The notes under the pieces: model-generated
What the model saw: the letters and a program-made list of their open reading frames with translations, nothing else
What the model was told of the DNA's origin: nothing
Database searches by the model: none
Origin: Candidatus Entotheonellaceae bacterium
GTDB lineage: Bacteria > Tectomicrobia > Entotheonellia > Entotheonellales > Entotheonellaceae
NCBI GenBank assembly: GCA_965238075.1
Contig: OZ250173.1
Coordinates: forward strand, 32,001 to 96,000
Direction: 5' to 3'
DNA: 64,000 nucleotides
In this document: positions 1-9,941 of the stretch, one piece after another
Layout: each line of letters opens with the position of its first letter
Position numbering within the stretch: the first letter of the stretch is position 1
Position numbers and translations under genes: made by a program

Positions 1-85
1 CATGGAGGATCATTTCCTCACCAGTTGCCGGATGGAATACATGTTCTGGGACATGGCCTATAATCTTGAGTCCTGGCCGGTGTGA
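1..85 (+). CDS. tenA: 3' end of a TenA/thiaminase II family protein (partial)
   Basis: Frame from nt 2 reads MEDHFLTSCRMEYMFWDMAYNLESWPV*, matching the TenA C-terminal E-x-x-FWDMAY...W-P-V pattern; not in the ORF track. Confidence 0.75.
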   Translation, partial: MEDHFLTSCRMEYMFWDMAYNLESWPV

Positions 86-133
86 CGGCGCGTCCGCTGG
101 CCAAGTCCGCTTACCTCCGCTTAGGGCCTTGCC

Positions 134-805
134 ATGCGACTTCTGGTTATCGAAGACGAACAGAAGGTGGCCAACTTCATCAAGCAGGGCTTGGAAGAGG
201 AAGGCTACGCGGTGGACCACGCCGCCGACGGCGCCAGCGGCTTGCAGATGGCGCTGGAGGGGTTGCACGACGTCATCGTGTTGGACGTCATGCTGCCGAA
301 GCTCGATGGCTTGAGCGTTCTGCAACAATTGCGGCAGGAAACCATTACCACGCCGGTATTGCTGCTGACCGTGCGCGCCACCATTGAGGACAAGGTGCTG
401 GGGCTCGACGCCGGTGCCGACGACTATCTCACCAAGCCGTTTGCCTTCGAAGAATTCGTCGCCCGCGTGCGGGCTCTCCTGCGGCGCCGGGCTGAAACCA
501 CTCCGCCCATCCTGCAGGTCGCCGACCTGGCGCTCGACCCGGCGCGTCGCGTGGTGTCGCGGGGCGACCAGAAGATCGACCTGACCCCCCGCGAGTTCAC
601 CCTGCTCGACTATTTCATGCGCAATCCCGGTCGGGTGCTCACCCGCACCATGATCGCCAACCGCGTGTGGGACTACACCTTCGACTCCGCCACCAACGTC
701 ATCGACGTCTACGTCAATTACCTACGCAAGAAGATCGACACCGGGCACGACACCAAGCTGCTCCACACCGTGCGGGGTGTGGGCTACGTCATGAAAGTGC
801 CCTGA
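134..805 (+). CDS. OmpR-family response regulator (CusR/CopR/MprA-like)
   Basis: Receiver domain (IEDE, LDVMLP, GADDYLTKPF) plus winged helix (LTPREF, VIDVYVNYLRKK, TVRGVGY). Confidence 0.95.
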   Translation: MRLLVIEDEQKVANFIKQGLEEEGYAVDHAADGASGLQMALEGLHDVIVLDVMLPKLDGLSVLQQLRQETITTPVLLLTVRATIEDKVLGLDAGADDYLTKPFAFEEFVARVRALLRRRAETTPPILQVADLALDPARRVVSRGDQKIDLTPREFTLLDYFMRNPGRVLTRTMIANRVWDYTFDSATNVIDVYVNYLRKKIDTGHDTKLLHTVRGVGYVMKVP

Positions 806-808
806 GCC

Positions 809-2218
809 ATGCCGGCCTTCTCCATTCGCGCCCGCCTCACCCTGTGGTATTCCGCCCTGCTGACCGTCACCGTGCTCATTCTGGCCGGTGCCGCGTACGC
901 CCTGCTGTGGTACGGCAGCATGCAGGATATGGACGACGCCCTGCAAGGCGTGGCGCGGGCGCTGGAGCAACAAGCGCCACGGCGCGGCAGCCCGTTCGTG
1001 CCCGCGGACGTCGACGCGCTGTTCCGGCGCTTTTTCGGTTTTTCGCCCTGGGACCGCTACGTGCAGCACCGCGATCTTCTGAGCCCCCCTGACCCGCGTC
1101 GGCGGCGGGCACCTTCGGGCACGTTACCGCTCAGCGCCGAGGCGAGGCGCAACGCCGCCGCCGGGCGCGAGACGTACGAGACCGTGGAAGGCCTGGCGGA
1201 TTATCCGGTACGGGTGCTCACCAAACCAGTGCTTGCCGGGGGAAGGGTACGAAACGTCATCCAGGTAGGCATGTCGCAGGAGAATCTGTACGCCACGCGG
1301 CGCCGTTTTTTGTGGGTCATGGCGGCGGTGCTGCCGCTGGGCCTACTGCTGGCGGCCGGGGGCGGCTGGGCTCTGGCGCGCCGGGCGCTCGCCCCGGTTG
1401 AACACATGGTGGAGGCGGCGCGGCGCATTGGTGCCGAGCGTCTGGCCGAGCGACTTGAGGAAAGCGGTACCGGCGACGAGCTGGACCGCCTCTCCGGCGT
1501 GCTGAACGCCATGCTCGAACGCCTCGATCTGTCGTTTCGTCAGATGCGGCAGTTCAGCGCCGACGCCTCGCACGAACTACAAACGCCCCTTACCATTCTG
1601 CAGGGCGAGTTGGAGGTAGCCCTGCGCAGCCCGCGCACCCCGGAGGCGTATCGGGAGGCGATCCAGAGTGCGCTGCAAGAGATCGAGCGCATGGCCGTTT
1701 TGGTGGAGGGCCTGTTACTGCTGGCGCGCGCCGATGCCGGCATGCTGCGGCTGGACCTGAAGCCGATGGACGCGGCGCAGTTGCTTGCCGAGGTGTTCGA
1801 ACGCACACAGATTCTGGCGCAATCACGCTCCATCGCCCTCGACCTCGAAGCCCTTGAGCCGCACCTCGTTTTCGGCGACCGCGAGCGGCTGCGGCGCGTG
1901 TTGCTCAACCTGGTGGATAACGCCATCAAATACACCCCCGCCGGGGGCCGCGTCACCCTGTCGCTTCGGCAGCGCGACGGGCGTGTTTGCCTGTCGGTGC
2001 GCGACACCGGCATCGGCCTGTCGGAGGCTGAGCAGGAGCACATCTTCCAGCGCTTCCACCGCGCCGGTTCGGCCCGTGACCACGGCGCGCAAGGCTCCGG
2101 GCTGGGTCTGTGCATCGCCCGCTCCATTGTCGAGGCGCACGGCGGCACGCTTCAGGTTGTCAGCCGCCCCGCCGAAGGCAGTACCTTGACGGTGTGCCTG
2201 CCGTACTTGGCCGAATGA
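809..2218 (+). CDS. HAMP-domain sensor histidine kinase
   Basis: Two TM segments, H-box ADASHELQTPL, N-box NLVDNAIKY, G-boxes DTGIG and GSGLGL. Confidence 0.95.
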   Translation: MPAFSIRARLTLWYSALLTVTVLILAGAAYALLWYGSMQDMDDALQGVARALEQQAPRRGSPFVPADVDALFRRFFGFSPWDRYVQHRDLLSPPDPRRRRAPSGTLPLSAEARRNAAAGRETYETVEGLADYPVRVLTKPVLAGGRVRNVIQVGMSQENLYATRRRFLWVMAAVLPLGLLLAAGGGWALARRALAPVEHMVEAARRIGAERLAERLEESGTGDELDRLSGVLNAMLERLDLSFRQMRQFSADASHELQTPLTILQGELEVALRSPRTPEAYREAIQSALQEIERMAVLVEGLLLLARADAGMLRLDLKPMDAAQLLAEVFERTQILAQSRSIALDLEALEPHLVFGDRERLRRVLLNLVDNAIKYTPAGGRVTLSLRQRDGRVCLSVRDTGIGLSEAEQEHIFQRFHRAGSARDHGAQGSGLGLCIARSIVEAHGGTLQVVSRPAEGSTLTVCLPYLAE

Positions 2219-2250
2219 CCCCCGCTCGCCGCTGCGCTTCATTAGAAATT

Positions 2251-2299
2251 TCTAAGCCTTTTCTCATTCATTTCTCAACGCCCTCTCATTTGGTTTTCA
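2251..2299 (+). promoter_or_regulatory. Phased direct-repeat array (TCTCA-like x5, 11-bp period), probable OmpR-family operator
   Basis: tctaa 2251, tctca 2262, tctca 2273, tctca 2284, tttca 2295 in the intergenic region upstream of the protease. Confidence 0.7.
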
Positions 2300-2398
2300 C
2301 CCCGCGGTGTCATATTCCCCTCCATGGGCAACAGAACCGGCACGCCGGACCAACTGGGCTGGTTGGCCGCATCCAATGCTTTATCAACGGAGGTTGAT

Positions 2399-3922
2399 AT
2401 GTCATACCGAGTCTTTCTGAACAAACGGTTGGGAATCGGCGTTTTGGCCACGGCGCTGGTGATCTGTTTCCTGGGCGGCTTGGTGATTGCCAAGGAGATG
2501 CGCCGTATGCCGGCGGACGGCGACACAGCCGCGGCCGCCGCGCCGTCCATGCCGGCAGTCCCGGCGGTTCCCGGCTCCTTCGCCGAATTGGCGAGCGATT
2601 TGGGGCCGAGCGTGGTCAACATCAGGGTCACCAAGTCGGCTGACGGGGTGTCCTGGAACATGCCCGAATGGTTTGAGCACGGTCCGTTTGAACACTTCAA
2701 TCGTCGCTTCTTCGACGACCAGCATCGTCAGCGCCGGGAGCGTCATGATCGGCCCGGTCATTCCCAACGGCGTCGGCGCGGTGATTTTCGTCGGCAGGGC
2801 GCCGGCTCCGGCGTCATCATCAGCGCCGAAGGGCACATTCTCACCAATCATCACGTTGTCCAGCACACCGAGGACGTCAGGGTGACGCTGACCGATGGGC
2901 GCGAGTATGAAGCGCGGGTCGTCGGGCGTGATCCTAAGACCGATCTGGCGGTGCTGCAGGTGGACGCAGGCGAGCCGCTGCCGGTGGCGACGCTGGGCAA
3001 TTCCGACACCCTGCGGGTGGGCGATTGGGTCATGGCCATCGGCAATCCGTTCGGCCTGAGCCATACGGTGACGGCGGGCATCGTGAGTGGTAAGGGCCGC
3101 ATCATCGGCGCCGGCCCGTATGACGACTTCATCCAGACCGACGCATCGATCAACCCCGGCAACTCCGGGGGGCCGCTGTTCAACATGCACGGCGAGGTGG
3201 TCGGCATCAATACCGCCATGGTGCCGCACGGACGCGGCATCGGCTTTGCCATCCCCATCGACACCGCCAAGCCGTTGATTCCGCAGATGGTGGCGACCGG
3301 CAGCGTGACGCGCGGCTATCTCGGCGTCTCCATTCAGTCCATCACCCCGGATTTGGCGGAAGCCCTGAAGCTCGACGGAACCCAGGGCGCCCTGGTTGGC
3401 GAGGTGATGCCTGACAGCCCGGCGGCGCGGGCGGGCTTGCAGACTGGCGACGTCATTACGGCGTTTGACGGCAAGCCTGTTGCCACCTCGCAAGACCTGC
3501 CAGGCATGGTCGCCGAAACCCCGGTCGACCAGGACGTGACCGTCACCGTGCAGCGTCAGGGCGAGTCGCTTGACCTCGCGGTGACCGTCGGCAAGATGCA
3601 CGCCGAAACGGCCCAGGCGACCGATAGTCCGGAATCCGGCCGCGGCAATCTCGGCCTCCATTTACGAGACCGGCTGGCCGACTCCCGCGGCGATGACGAC
3701 CCTGCGCTCGCCAATGGCGTCTTGGTGACCCGCGTACAGCCGGGAAGCCCCGCGGCGGCGTCCGGTATTCGCGGCGGCGACGTCATCCTGCAGGTGGACC
3801 AGAAGCCCGTGGACTCCATCGCCGACGTGAAGCAGGTTCTGGCCGAGACGGACGAGGAATCGCCACTCGTTATGCTTGTCAAGCGTGGCGGGGGCAGCTT
3901 CTACGTCGTGCTTAAAGCGTAG
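2399..3922 (+). CDS. Do/DegQ (HtrA) family serine endoprotease with two PDZ domains
   Basis: LTNHHVV, DPKTDLAVL, INPGNSGGPL triad motifs; N-terminal hydrophobic segment; GGAGG RBS before ATG 2399. Confidence 0.95.
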   Translation: MSYRVFLNKRLGIGVLATALVICFLGGLVIAKEMRRMPADGDTAAAAAPSMPAVPAVPGSFAELASDLGPSVVNIRVTKSADGVSWNMPEWFEHGPFEHFNRRFFDDQHRQRRERHDRPGHSQRRRRGDFRRQGAGSGVIISAEGHILTNHHVVQHTEDVRVTLTDGREYEARVVGRDPKTDLAVLQVDAGEPLPVATLGNSDTLRVGDWVMAIGNPFGLSHTVTAGIVSGKGRIIGAGPYDDFIQTDASINPGNSGGPLFNMHGEVVGINTAMVPHGRGIGFAIPIDTAKPLIPQMVATGSVTRGYLGVSIQSITPDLAEALKLDGTQGALVGEVMPDSPAARAGLQTGDVITAFDGKPVATSQDLPGMVAETPVDQDVTVTVQRQGESLDLAVTVGKMHAETAQATDSPESGRGNLGLHLRDRLADSRGDDDPALANGVLVTRVQPGSPAAASGIRGGDVILQVDQKPVDSIADVKQVLAETDEESPLVMLVKRGGGSFYVVLKA

Positions 3923-3948
3923 CGGTCCCTGACCTCAGTGGTCGCTGG

Positions 3949-4008
3949 CCCCCTCCCTGCCCTTCCCGTTTCCTCCCTCCTCCGCGGGGAGGGTCAGGGA
4001 GAGGGGGA
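3949..4008. repeat. C-rich/G-rich imperfect palindromic intergenic element
   Basis: cccctccctgcccttccc...gggagggtcagggagagggg can fold into a hairpin after the protease stop. Confidence 0.5.
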
Positions 4009-4127
4009 ACTCCAGATGCCCTGTTACCCGGATTTTGCAGCCCTCGCCCCCGACCTGCCATACTGCGGCCGTGTGACGTCTCCCTCGGAACACGACCGCA
4101 CCCCGCCTTTGTAACGGAGCCTCGAAC

Positions 4128-4613
4128 ATGACATCTGCAAAAACGCTGTATCTGGCGAACCCCTATGGCTTCTCGTCCCAACAGCGCGAGGGACCTTTGG
4201 CAGCGCTTGTGACGGCGCTGGAAGCGCTGGGTGCCGAGGTCTGGGAGCCGTTCGCTCGCAACAACCAGATCGACCGCGCCAGCCCCGGCTGGGCCTACCG
4301 TATCGGACAGGCTGACCTGCGCGACGTGCGCGACGCCGACGGGCTGTTCGCAGTGGTCAACGGCTGCCCCCCGGACGAGGGCGTCATGGTGGAGTTGGGT
4401 ATGGCCATCGCCTGGGCAAAGCCGGTGTTTCTCTTCCGGGACGACTTCCGCCGTTGCACCGACAGCGAGACCTATCCCCTGAACCTGATGCTCTTCACCG
4501 GTCTCCCGCAATCGGGCTGGGAAGCCTACTGGTACGCTTCAATCGACGAGATCGCCGACCCCGGCAAGGCCCTGGCGCGGTGGTTGCGGGACGGCGTAAG
4601 GAATCCACGATGA
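4128..4613 (+). CDS. Nucleoside 2-deoxyribosyltransferase family protein
   Basis: LYLANPYGFS, DLRDVRDAD, DEGVMVELGMAIA, LNLML motifs. Confidence 0.85.
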   Translation: MTSAKTLYLANPYGFSSQQREGPLAALVTALEALGAEVWEPFARNNQIDRASPGWAYRIGQADLRDVRDADGLFAVVNGCPPDEGVMVELGMAIAWAKPVFLFRDDFRRCTDSETYPLNLMLFTGLPQSGWEAYWYASIDEIADPGKALARWLRDGVRNPR

Positions 4614-4849
4614 ACTGCATCCACTGTCGGGGGCGGATGCAGCGTTCGCAAGCGCCCTTTCCTGTCGATCGAAACGGCTATCCCTTGCTGTTCGATACAG
4701 TCCCGGCCCGGGTTTGTGACCAATGCGGTGAGGCGTACTTCGAGAAACGCGCGGTGGACTTAATGCAAAGCGCCATCAAGGGACTGGACCAGCAGGATCG
4801 GCAGCTTGCTGCGGTGCCTGAGGCGACTTGCGGTTGCCAATCTCCGTGA
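4610..4849 (+). CDS. YgiT-type zinc-finger protein
   Basis: MNCIHC...VPARVCDQCGEAYF; ATGA overlap with the upstream stop. Confidence 0.75.
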   Translation: MNCIHCRGRMQRSQAPFPVDRNGYPLLFDTVPARVCDQCGEAYFEKRAVDLMQSAIKGLDQQDRQLAAVPEATCGCQSP

Positions 4850-5069
4850 CAGCGTTATTCACAGCCGCAAGGATACGATGGGCGGTACGCGTGTTTTCAA
4901 GGGAACCCGCGTTGTCGTAAAGAACCTGTTCGATTACTTGGCATCCGGGTACAGCCTGGATGTTTTCTTGGACGACTTTCCGTCGGTAAGCCGCGAGCAG
5001 GCAGTGAGGGCGCTTGAAATGGCCAAAGAGTCTTTGGAAAGCCACGCTCATGAGAGTGCTTCTCCATGA
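4806..5069 (+). CDS. DUF433 antitoxin-like protein (start uncertain)
   Basis: MGGTRVFKGTRVVVKNLFDYLASGYSLDVFLDDFPSV is a typical DUF433 core. Confidence 0.8.
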   Translation: MLRCLRRLAVANLRDSVIHSRKDTMGGTRVFKGTRVVVKNLFDYLASGYSLDVFLDDFPSVSREQAVRALEMAKESLESHAHESASP

Positions 5070-5283
5070 GTCGGTTCCGTGGGCACTGAGGCACTATTTG
5101 CCCAACCACGAAGTGCGGACAGTCAAATATGTGGGATGGGACGGCAAAACCAATGGGGAACTCCTGGAACGGGCGAGGGGTGAGTTCGATTTGCTGATTA
5201 CCGTTGACCAGAGTGTTCCATAATTGCTACGTAACCTTGATTCCCTGAAACGCGGCCAGGTCGCCCTCATCGGAACGCCGTAA
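5050..5283 (+). pseudogene. Disrupted DUF5615 PIN-like toxin
   Basis: MRVLLHESVP...GWDGKTNGELL...FDLLITVDQSVP then TAA at 5221-5223, followed in frame by a C-terminal-like remnant LLRNLDSLKRGQV; the first acidic residue is His. Confidence 0.65.
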
Positions 5284-5335
5284 CGCGGCTGTCAAAAAGA
5301 GACAACCTAGAGGGGTCGGCCTGTTTTGGTCTCCC

Positions 5336-6982
5336 CTACCCCCTGTCCTCGAGCAGGCCCGTCACGGTGCCGTCCACGTGCAGGATGCGCAGTATCTGGA
5401 GGGCGGCGGGCACGATTGCCGCGTGCTGGTCCGCGTCCCGGCCGGCGCACAGTCGGTTGAGCACTTCGCCCACCGACGTGCGGCCATCGATCAGCGACAC
5501 CACCTGCGCCGCCAACGGGCTGCACGGCGTGCCTTCTGGGTAGCCGTCCGTTATCAGCACGTGACCCCACACGAATTCTCCCGCGCCGAGAACGGGTTTT
5601 CTCTTGATGGCTACGCCGGCGGCGAGGCGGGGAACCGCTGCCAGGAGTGTCTCGGATGCTCCCGGCTTTGTTAGTTGCGCCCGGCGCTCGGCGCGGGCCG
5701 ATTCCACGGCGCGGACGTTGCGGACGAACGGTTCCGGCGCCTCGCCCCTCTCCAGCACCACGCGCTCGTAGCCGCGCGGCGGTTGACCGGCGACCGCATG
5801 GATGAAGGCATGGCGCGGAGATAGCGATTCTTGGTCGCCCATCAGCCGCCGCGCTTCCCAGAAATACGACTCCGCCGTGCGGTTGCTGCTGTAAAAAAGT
5901 TGGGCCATGGTGCGGAAGTGGTTGTATTCCTTGCCGTACAATTCGGCATAGACCTGCCCCGCCGCCGCGGCCATGCCGGGGTCTTTGAGGGCGGTGCTCA
6001 CGTAGGCCGCGGCCAGCACGCCAGACATCAACGCCAGGTGCACGCCGGATGAAAACAGCGGGTCGATGAAGCACGCCGCATCGCCGACGAGGATGTAGCC
6101 GTCTCCCACCAGCCGTTCCGAGGTGTAGGACCAGTCCTTGACCACCTGCGGACCCGAAATCAGGTTGGCATTCTGCAGCATGCGGGCCGTGTGCGGTGCC
6201 TCGCCTACCTGATGCAGAAAAACCTCCCGTAAGTCACCCTTCGCCAAGCGTTCCTGCCCACTTTGGCTGTCGAGCACTGTGCCGACGCTCGTCCATCCGG
6301 TGTGCAGGGGAATCATCCACGACCAGCCGTGCGGATGCGCCTCAATGAAGATGTTGGTCTCGTCAGGAGCCGGCAGGCGGTCGGCGCCGGTCACGTAGCC
6401 GTAAACTGCCAGGTTGCGGAAGAAAGGATCCCAGCGCCGCAGTTGCAGGCGGCGTCCCAGCAGAGCAGCCTGGCCGCTGGCATCGACCACGAAGCGGGCG
6501 CGGGCAGTGCCGTCGTGCCCGGCGTCGCTGCGATAGCGCACGCCAGCGGCCCGGCCGTCCTCGTAAAGGACCTCGACGACCTGATGGCCCTCGCGTACCT
6601 CGACGCCGCACACACGGCTGTTTTCCAGGAGTAACTGATCGAAGACGGGCCGCCACACTTGGTAAGCGTGCGGGTTGTTCGGGTTGGCCTCGCGGAAGTA
6701 CCAGCTCCAGGGCTTATCGTCCTTGCCCCAGACCATGGTGGCGCCCCATTTGGGGAGGAATCCGGCCGCTTGCACGGCGGGTAGGACGCCCAGTTCTTCC
6801 AGGACGGGCAGGCTGGCAGGAAGGAGGGATTCGCCGACGTGGTGACGCGGAAAACGCTCGCGTTCGAGAAGCAGAACGCGCCAGCCCTTGCGGGCCAGCA
6901 TGGCGGCGGCGGTACTGCCGCCCGGGCCGCCGCCGATGACCACCACGTCGGCGTTGAGATCCGGTTGATTGGGGATCGTCAT
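5336..6982 (-). CDS. Flavin-dependent halogenase-like protein with C-terminal extension
   Basis: GGGPGG FAD motif, RHHVGESL, FLPKWG (catalytic Lys position), WSWMIP (WxWxIP), GDAACFIDPLFSSGV. Confidence 0.85.
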   Translation of the reverse strand: MTIPNQPDLNADVVVIGGGPGGSTAAAMLARKGWRVLLLERERFPRHHVGESLLPASLPVLEELGVLPAVQAAGFLPKWGATMVWGKDDKPWSWYFREANPNNPHAYQVWRPVFDQLLLENSRVCGVEVREGHQVVEVLYEDGRAAGVRYRSDAGHDGTARARFVVDASGQAALLGRRLQLRRWDPFFRNLAVYGYVTGADRLPAPDETNIFIEAHPHGWSWMIPLHTGWTSVGTVLDSQSGQERLAKGDLREVFLHQVGEAPHTARMLQNANLISGPQVVKDWSYTSERLVGDGYILVGDAACFIDPLFSSGVHLALMSGVLAAAYVSTALKDPGMAAAAGQVYAELYGKEYNHFRTMAQLFYSSNRTAESYFWEARRLMGDQESLSPRHAFIHAVAGQPPRGYERVVLERGEAPEPFVRNVRAVESARAERRAQLTKPGASETLLAAVPRLAAGVAIKRKPVLGAGEFVWGHVLITDGYPEGTPCSPLAAQVVSLIDGRTSVGEVLNRLCAGRDADQHAAIVPAALQILRILHVDGTVTGLLEDRG

Positions 6983-6998
6983 ACCCAGCGCGCCGAGA

Positions 6999-8303
6999 TC
7001 AATCGGCAACGTGCTCGGCAGCGCCCGGGGCGGCTTCGGCATGCGGGCTGTCCGCGGCGTCATCATTCGCCGCGAGCGGCTGACCGGTCGCCGGATCGAC
7101 CTCGAAGGGGCCCGGCAATTCCAGTTCCTTAGCGATTTCCTTGACCGCGGGGATGACTTCCTGCCCCATCAGCCGCAAGCTGCGCATGGCGTCGTCATGG
7201 TTCATGGCGCCGTCGCCGTCCCAGAAGAAAATGCTGCCGGGGCGCAGGTATTCCAGCACGTGGCGGATTTTGGGGATGACGGTCTTGGGGGTGCCGGAAA
7301 TCACCGTGTAATCCGCTATCTGCTGCTCATACGGCCGCCCCAAGGCACTGGCGAGGCCGCCGCGCGCCCGCGTCGCTACGGTTTGTGTCGGCAGTACGCG
7401 CTTGCGGGACGTGAGACCCGGCAGGTTGAGCAGCGCCGGGTTCACCGTCCCCTCGTTGCCGGCCAGGAACGGGTTGCTCGGCCCTTGCACGAACTTGCGG
7501 CCGGTCTGGTCCGCCAGTTCTTCGGTCTCGTCCACGTGCACCTTCCACAAGTAGCCGATGTTTTGCGGGCCGGACTGATAGCCCTCTTCGGCCGCGGTGT
7601 CGTGGTAGAGCTGGAACGCCTGCCGGGTGGGTTCGAGCTCGGTGGCCAGCATGATGTAGGGGATGCGCTGCTTGGCGGCCCACATGAGCGAATCGCGGCT
7701 CACCACGCCGGGCAGCCAGATTGGCGGGTGGGGCTTCTGATATGGTTTCACCCACGGGTTGACGTGGCGGTAATGAAAATGTTTGCCCTCCCAGCGGAAC
7801 GGGCCGGAGGTGGTCCACGCCTTGACGATGAAATCGTGCGCCTCTTGGAAGCGCTCCCAGTTGTAGTGCGGCGGGATGTTGTGCGACACGCTCTCCCGCC
7901 CGGTGCCGCGCACCCAGCCGGAGACCAGGCGCCCGCGCGAGATCATGTCGATCATGGCGAGTTGTTCCACCAGCCACATCGGGTCGTCCCACAGCGGCAG
8001 GATGTTGCCCAGCAGGACGATCTTGGCGCGGCTGGTCATGCGCGCCAGAATCGAGGCTTCCACGTTCATGGCGCCGCCCATGCAGAACGGCGTGCCGTGG
8101 TGTTCGTTGAGCATCAGGCCGTCGAAGCCCATCTCCTCGGCGTAGGTTTTCTCGTCGAGGTAGCGATTGTAAAGGTGGGCTCCCAGCTTGGGATCATAGA
8201 TGTCGTTGCTGACCGTGAGGTCCATGATGGGCTTGCCGGTGGCACCGAAATAGCCGGAGTCCGGGTCCTGGTAGGGGCGCTCGGTGAAGTACCCGATAAA
8301 CAT
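6999..8303 (-). CDS. LLM-class flavin-dependent oxidoreductase
   Basis: AEEMGFDGLMLNEHH, LAMIDMISRGRL, PYQKPHPPIW. Confidence 0.9.
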   Translation of the reverse strand: MFIGYFTERPYQDPDSGYFGATGKPIMDLTVSNDIYDPKLGAHLYNRYLDEKTYAEEMGFDGLMLNEHHGTPFCMGGAMNVEASILARMTSRAKIVLLGNILPLWDDPMWLVEQLAMIDMISRGRLVSGWVRGTGRESVSHNIPPHYNWERFQEAHDFIVKAWTTSGPFRWEGKHFHYRHVNPWVKPYQKPHPPIWLPGVVSRDSLMWAAKQRIPYIMLATELEPTRQAFQLYHDTAAEEGYQSGPQNIGYLWKVHVDETEELADQTGRKFVQGPSNPFLAGNEGTVNPALLNLPGLTSRKRVLPTQTVATRARGGLASALGRPYEQQIADYTVISGTPKTVIPKIRHVLEYLRPGSIFFWDGDGAMNHDDAMRSLRLMGQEVIPAVKEIAKELELPGPFEVDPATGQPLAANDDAADSPHAEAAPGAAEHVAD

Positions 8304-8380
8304 CGGTCGTTCTCCCTGTGGTTGCGGTACGGTTGAAAACGGCGGCTGCCGCGGGTTGGGCGGCGGGCCATGCGGGGGCA

Positions 8381-9752
8381 TTATAGCACTGCTGCTTCCC
8401 GGCCCCGGTGAGCGCTAGCGTCGGTACCGCGACGCCCCACGACGCGGACCTTGAACGACTTGTTCGGACTGGGGAACGGAATCATGACGGTCTTCAAAGT
8501 GTAATTGGCCGGGACGAGTTCAAGCTCAGCCTCGTGCAGGATAGTCGCCATCGTCACCGCAATCTGCACCTCGGCAAAGCCGCTGCCCAGGCAGCGATGC
8601 GCGCCCAGACCGAAGGGCGCATAGACCTCGGGTTGCCGGTGCTCGGCGCGCTCCGGGGTATAGCGGTCGATATCGAACCGATCTGGCTCTGGGAAGTGGT
8701 CGGGCAAGTAGTGGGGCACCGTGGTCGCGATCATCACGTTCTCGCCGGCGGGAATGCGGTAACCGGCGAACTCGAACGAATTGGTGACGGTGCGTATCAG
8801 CAGCGGTGCGACGGGATACATCCGCATCGTTTCCATGGCCGCGCGATGCGTTACGTCCATGTCGTGGAGGGCTTCCCTGGCCGGCGTGCCGTCGGCGAAA
8901 AGCCGGTCCGCCTCGGACTGCACCTGAGCCAACAATTCGGGATGCTTCAACAACGCGTAGAGCATGAATGCGCAGGTACCCGTTACCGTGTGGAGTGCCA
9001 CGAGGAAAGGCCCAAGCGCATTGATCCTCAGATCTGCTTCGGGAAGGAATTGCGGATCTGACTCGTGCAAATCCAGAATGTCGTCAATCAGGTCCCGGTT
9101 ATCGCCGTTGCGATTTCGATTCCCTCCCGTGTGCCGCGCCATGACCTCCAGGTACAACTCGTCCAACCGCTCGGACGCGCCGTCGAAACCGTCGAGACCA
9201 GAGGGCTGGACGGGCGATGAACCGGCTTGTTTGAAGCACGTAGACGAAATAGTCCAGATCGTCGATATAGGCGTGCGGTGAGACGCCGCCGACCAGTGTC
9301 CCGACTTGCCCGCCGGCGATGCGCTGGAGGGCGGGGATGACCGGCCAGGGCGTATTGAGCGGCCACTTGGCCATCTCCTGTCGGGCGATGGCGGCGAGGT
9401 CTGTCACGCGATCCGCCGCGTACTGCCTGGAATACCCCCGTTTCAACGTTTTGCGCAGCGTTGCATGGTCTGACCCGTCGCTGCTGATCACCGAGCGAGC
9501 GGCGCCGTACCGGGTGACGATCGCTGACCAAAATTCAAAGGAGCGGAAATGATTTGCGCCCTCGCGCATCAGGAACCGGTTTGCTTCCACGCCGGCCAGC
9601 ACCGTGAATCGCCGGTGCAGCATGCGGATGCCGAAGACCGGCCCCAGTTCTATGTACTGCGACGTGAGAAAACCGCGGATGTCCCTCGCCATACTCAAGG
9701 CGTTGCCGACGAACGGCAGGCCGCGCGCGATGGGCAGCGTCGAAGAAGCCAT
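8381..9752 (-). pseudogene. Cytochrome P450 split by a frameshift near 9180
   Basis: N-half (GLPFVGNAL, ELGPVFGIR) starts at ATG 9752 with RBS; C-half in another frame carries ETMR (ExxR) and PFGLGAHRCLG; one extra base in cga-cgg-c-gcg-tcc-gag would join them. Confidence 0.8.
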
Positions 9753-9941
9753 TCCCCCCTCCTTCCGCTTACGGGCCGGAAATTCAGACGGGCTATACGG
9801 AGGGGGATTATAACACCGTGGCCCCATGATCCCAGTGGCAGATGGCGCCGCGGAGCATTTGACCGCATGCTTTCCAGGTGTGACAATGCCGCCTTCACCC
9901 GACTGGTCGACGGCTTAATTTAGGAGCGAGGACAACCCACC

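Noticed and set aside
134-2218. Naming the two-component system cusRS/copRS
   Set aside because: No metal efflux genes are adjacent and the neighbour is an HtrA protease; family similarity alone does not fix the function.
6969-8336. 455-aa plus-strand ORF
   Set aside because: Antisense shadow of the LLM gene.
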